Shown here in pieces: positions 28,785-32,000 of a stretch of DNA of 32,000 nucleotides (position 1 is its first letter; each line of letters begins with the position of its first letter). The notes below the pieces were generated by a model, which did no database searches, had not been told where the DNA came from, and was given only the letters and a program-made list of their open reading frames with translations. The stretch spans positions 780,001 through 812,000 of the forward strand of contig NC_006833.1 in NCBI RefSeq assembly GCF_000008385.1, in the 5' to 3' direction. The translations under genes and the position numbers were made by a program. The stretch is from Wolbachia endosymbiont strain TRS of Brugia malayi (GTDB lineage Bacteria > Pseudomonadota > Alphaproteobacteria > Rickettsiales > Anaplasmataceae).

Positions 28785-28905
28785 TATTATTTTTAAAACC
28801 TTCTAAATTCTTTTTACTTTTAATATAGCAAGAAATGGTAAAAATCAGCTCTCCAGCAATCAATGCAAAACTAATAAGGTAAGCAAAAATTACATATGTA
28901 CTCAT
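28768..28905 (-). CDS. Small membrane ORF not in the track, in the CcmD (heme exporter protein D) position
   Basis: The 45 codons read MSTYVIFAYLISFALIAGELIFTISCYIKSKKNLEGFKNNNEEET. This is one TM helix followed by a basic or polar tail. Its ATG overlaps the birA stop (ATGA at 28902-28905), and its 3' end overlaps the ccmE start by 17 nt. Size, topology and position immediately upstream of ccmE fit CcmD. Confidence 0.4.
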   Translation of the reverse strand: MSTYVIFAYLISFALIAGELIFTISCYIKSKKNLEGFKNNNEEET

Positions 28906-29813
28906 AATATATTATTAACAAATAACTCACCTGCATCAAAATAAATTAAGCTTCCATCTTTTTGTTGCAATACTAATCTACCACCTTTATCTATATCAAT
29001 AAAAATCCCCTCATGCAATTTACTAGCAAACTTTACACTGATTTGTTCATTCATTTTGAATGCCCTTTTCAACCACATTTCTCTTATAGCACAAAACCCA
29101 TCGAGTATCCACTGCTTTCTTAAATTATTAAAGTTTGTTACTAATTCTTTTAGAATATATATGTTTTGTAGAATCATTCTAGCATGTGACATCGGAACCT
29201 GCATCTGTATTTTAGTGTCAGTTACTGGAACAACAGAAGATGAAAGAAGTTTATTAATGCACGTTGCTTCCAAAAGTGGTGCGTGATCAATGTTAATTCC
29301 AATTCCTATTACCAGCCAATTTGAATTAGATTTTTTTTCAAGTAATATTCCACTTATTTTTTTTCCATCAACAAAGATATCATTTGGCCATTTATATTGA
29401 ACGTTACTATCATTTATAAATGATAGTAACGTATTGCCAACAGCAAGAGCAGTAACAAAAGTCAATTCTGTTAATTTGCTTAAACTTTCTCTGTCATTCC
29501 AGCACTGGATTTTAGCGTCATGTGCTGGAATAACATCCAAGTGGGCTGCTACAGCTAACCTGCTATCCCAGTGTGTGATACTGGAACCTAGTGATGTAAT
29601 TTGCAAGAGATTTATGATAAAACTTGCATAAAAATTACCCTCGGGAGAAATCCAATTCTTTCCAGTGCGCCCCCTACCTTCTGTTTGTTTATCAGCAATA
29701 ATAACAGTTTCATTTGATATTCCTCTATCAATCAAATCCAACGCTTTTCCATTAGTGCTTGAAACTTCTTCATAATGATAAATATGAAAGCCCTCGAATG
29801 TTTTAGGGGTCAT
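28902..29813 (-). CDS. birA: Biotin--[acetyl-CoA-carboxylase] ligase
   Basis: The BirA signature KQTEGRGRTGKNWISPEGNFYAS is present, with KWPNDIF and GIGIN. The 303-aa protein is lengthened by two repeat-derived segments. Confidence 0.8.
   Translation of the reverse strand: MTPKTFEGFHIYHYEEVSSTNGKALDLIDRGISNETVIIADKQTEGRGRTGKNWISPEGNFYASFIINLLQITSLGSSITHWDSRLAVAAHLDVIPAHDAKIQCWNDRESLSKLTELTFVTALAVGNTLLSFINDSNVQYKWPNDIFVDGKKISGILLEKKSNSNWLVIGIGINIDHAPLLEATCINKLLSSSVVPVTDTKIQMQVPMSHARMILQNIYILKELVTNFNNLRKQWILDGFCAIREMWLKRAFKMNEQISVKFASKLHEGIFIDIDKGGRLVLQQKDGSLIYFDAGELFVNNIL
29171..29240 (-). repeat. Palindromic protein-coding repeat, copy birA-2
   Basis: The plus strand reads GAATCATTCTAGCATGTGACATCGGAACCTGCATCTGTATTTTAGTGTC. 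On the gene strand this is GACACTAAAATACAG...GCTAGAATGATT, encoding TDTKIQMQVPMSHARMI. The leuS-B peptide [17 protein letters not shown] is similar. Confidence 0.65.
29490..29590 (-). repeat. Palindromic protein-coding repeat, copy birA-1
   Basis: TGTCATTCCAGC (29492-29503) is the exact reverse complement of the mnmG 12-mer GCTGGAATGACA. A perfect 10-bp inverted repeat joins ATTCCAGCAC (29496-29505) and GTGCTGGAAT (29522-29531). CTGGATTTTAGCGTC (29505-29519) matches the GACrCTnnnATCCAG core. A second small stem joins CCAGT and ACTGG at 29568-29584. The element encodes THWDSRLAVAAHLDVIPAHDAKIQCWNDRE. Confidence 0.75.
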
Positions 29814-29814
29814 T

Positions 29815-31212
29815 TTATAAACTTTTAGTTACTAAATGAATTAGTGAATATAAATCCTCTACGCACATAAAAAGAACAATATTAATTAATGAAGCCACTG
29901 AAGTAACAATAAATAGACTCTTAGAATAAATAACTTTACTGTCACTAGGCTTATCGAAATACATAGCTTTTATGATACTTAAATAGTAGTAACATGATAT
30001 AACACTTGCTACTATGAAAATCAAAGACATACCAATAAAGCCGGAATTCACCAAGCTTTTAAATATAAAAAGTTTAGCAAAAAAACCTGCAAGTGGAGGT
30101 ATTCCCGCCATCGAAAATAATAGTATAGAAAGATGAAATGCCAAAACCGGACGCTTTTTTCCTATGCCAGATAAATTTGCAACACTGCAATCGTCATCAT
30201 CAATTTGTATGAAATATGAGAACAATCCTATATTTGTAATGATATATATAACCAAATATATCAAGGAACTATCTGTCCCCATTCGTGTAAAGATAGAAAG
30301 TGAAGCAAGTATAAAGCCAATATGACCAATTGAACTGTAAGCTAGAAGCCTCTTTAGATTCCTTTGGCGTAAAGCTCCAAAAGCTGAAATAAGTACGGAT
30401 AGTGCTGAAATGTATAAAAGAACAGGTTGAAAATACTTTTCTACACCTACTAACTCCTCACCCATAAAAAATCGAATTAAAAACGTCACAAGTGCAGCTT
30501 TTGGAACTGTAGAAAAAAATGCAGTTACTATAGTTGGTGCACCTTGATAGACATCTGGAGCCCACATATGAAAAGGAGCAATAGCAAGCTTGAAACATAA
30601 ACCAATAAGGATAAGTACTAACCCAAAAACTATTCCATAAGTCATCTGATGATTTTCCAAAAATGAACTTAACTCAGAAAAATTGACCAGTCCCGTATAT
30701 CCATAAAGTAGCGACATTCCATACAGCATGATGCAGGAAGATAACGCACTGAGTGTAAAATATTTTACTCCTGCCTCACATGAATAAACTGAATCCTTAT
30801 TAAAGCTTGCAAGAACATATAAAGGTATACTCATCAACTCAAAAGATAAATAAAAAGAAATTAAATTATTTGCTGAAACCAGAGTTATCATGCCAAACAG
30901 CGTAAAAAGAATTAGTATTGAAAATTCATACTCATAGTCATACTTTGATAAATTTAGCAGTAAAAGTACTAAAATTCCCGCAATAAGGATCAATCCCTGG
31001 GCTGACCTAATGTATAGATCGAGTTTCAACAATGAATTAAAGGGAAAAAACCCACTATCTTTCGCTGACAGAATTAAAATAATTAAAGTGATCACTGTGC
31101 AGCCAAGCGCCAATAAGTTAATAGTGCGGCGGTTAAATACAATTCCAAGCAGCAGCAATACTAACGAGGAAATAATAGAAAAAGTTTCCGGTAATATCTG
31201 TATGTAGCTCAT
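29815..31212 (-). CDS. nuoN: NADH-quinone oxidoreductase subunit N
   Basis: This is a polytopic antiporter-like subunit (FKLAIAPFHMWAPDVYQGAPT, LLAYSSIGHIG). Its start overlaps the nuoM stop by 4 nt (ATGA). Confidence 0.93.
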   Translation of the reverse strand: MSYIQILPETFSIISSLVLLLLGIVFNRRTINLLALGCTVITLIILILSAKDSGFFPFNSLLKLDLYIRSAQGLILIAGILVLLLLNLSKYDYEYEFSILILFTLFGMITLVSANNLISFYLSFELMSIPLYVLASFNKDSVYSCEAGVKYFTLSALSSCIMLYGMSLLYGYTGLVNFSELSSFLENHQMTYGIVFGLVLILIGLCFKLAIAPFHMWAPDVYQGAPTIVTAFFSTVPKAALVTFLIRFFMGEELVGVEKYFQPVLLYISALSVLISAFGALRQRNLKRLLAYSSIGHIGFILASLSIFTRMGTDSSLIYLVIYIITNIGLFSYFIQIDDDDCSVANLSGIGKKRPVLAFHLSILLFSMAGIPPLAGFFAKLFIFKSLVNSGFIGMSLIFIVASVISCYYYLSIIKAMYFDKPSDSKVIYSKSLFIVTSVASLINIVLFMCVEDLYSLIHLVTKSL

Positions 31213-32000
31213 AGGGCATTATACTTGACTAACAAATTTACCATGTATGGCTTTAAATAATTCAGTGCAAGAGTTGGGTAGAATCCAAGCAAAATAACAA
31301 GCACTGCAAGCAGAACTAAGATAAAAAATTCTATCCTATCCAAGCGGTTATTTAACAATTTAGAATAGCTAACTCCCCATATTGTTTGCTTACATAAATT
31401 CAGCATATAAACTGCGCTCAAAACAGTGCCAAGTGCGATGAACCCTGTAAAAAACCCTATACTCTTAAATATCCCAACCATAGCCAAAAATTCACCTATA
31501 AACCCAGACGTTCCAGGTAGCCCTACCGAAGACATTGAAAATAGAATAAACATAAAACCAAATTTTGGCATTGTATTTACTATGCCGAAATACTTCGAAA
31601 TCTTCAAAGTTCCAGTTCGAGTATATAGCATTCCAACGCACAAAAATAAAGCAGAAGAAATAAGCCCATGACTGATCATTTGAAATATAGCACCAAGCAC
31701 TCCCTCTTCACAAAATGAAAAGAGGCCAGCAGTAACGATTCCCATATGTGCTATTGAAGAATAAGCTATTAATTTCTTTATATCATCCTGAGCAAATGCA
31801 ACTAGTGAAGCATATATTACTGCAATCGCGCTTAACACAATAATGAAATTTGCAAAGTGGAAACTTGCCTGAGGAAGCATTGGAATCGAGAATCTTAAAA
31901 ATCCGTATCCCCCCATTTTAATAAGCAACCCAGCCAAAACCACAGATCCAGAAGTTGGCGATTGCACATGTGCATCAGGAAGCCAAGTATGAAATGGAAC
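31209..32000 (-). CDS. nuoM: NADH-quinone oxidoreductase subunit M, 5' end beyond the window
   Basis: The ORF stays open to the window edge. Residues upstream of the track Met read VPFHTWLPDAHVQSPTSGSVVLAG, the NuoM/ND4 signature. LIAYSSIAHMG is also present. Confidence 0.93.
   Translation of the reverse strand, partial: VPFHTWLPDAHVQSPTSGSVVLAGLLIKMGGYGFLRFSIPMLPQASFHFANFIIVLSAIAVIYASLVAFAQDDIKKLIAYSSIAHMGIVTAGLFSFCEEGVLGAIFQMISHGLISSALFLCVGMLYTRTGTLKISKYFGIVNTMPKFGFMFILFSMSSVGLPGTSGFIGEFLAMVGIFKSIGFFTGFIALGTVLSAVYMLNLCKQTIWGVSYSKLLNNRLDRIEFFILVLLAVLVILLGFYPTLALNYLKPYMVNLLVKYNAL

Noticed and set aside
1-32000. CRISPR arrays, prophage WO modules, cif (cytoplasmic incompatibility) genes, type IV secretion genes, ankyrin-repeat effectors, toxin-antitoxin pairs, and a tmRNA, SRP RNA or rRNA.
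   Set aside because: I looked for regularly spaced direct repeats, phage structural or lysis motifs, ANK consensus (G.TPLH.A) and conserved RNA blocks, and found none. The only structured RNAs supported are rnpB and the two tRNAs.

Overview
This is an AT-rich chromosomal segment from an obligate intracellular alphaproteobacterium. It is almost certainly a Wolbachia (Anaplasmataceae), judged from my recognition of the FtsZ, CtrA-type regulator, Wsp-like porin remnant and Rickettsiales gene content; no search was run. Most of the window is ordinary housekeeping: rnpB, ctrA, gpsA-pgpA-GNAT, sdhB, ybeY, ftsZ, leuS, an M23 lipoprotein, trxA, rnd, two tRNAs, mnmG, pepP, rpmF-plsX-fabH, mlaE-mlaF, birA-ccmD-like-ccmE and nuoN-nuoM. 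At least five decayed genes are interspersed: a Thr/Ser-rich membrane-protein relic, an EVE-domain gene, comM/yifB, a Wsp-family porin, and a nuclease-plus-TPR defence-like gene next to tRNA-Met. The most interesting structure missing from the ORF track is a short palindromic repeat family (core GACACTnnnATCCAG ... GCTGGAATGAyA). It is present in five copies, all inside essential genes (mnmG, leuS x2, birA x2), and every copy keeps the host reading frame open. This resembles the protein-coding palindromic elements known from Rickettsia and Wolbachia. I found no intact novel multi-gene system, CRISPR array, prophage or complete IS element. The defence-like locus at about 16.3-17.6 kb is dead.
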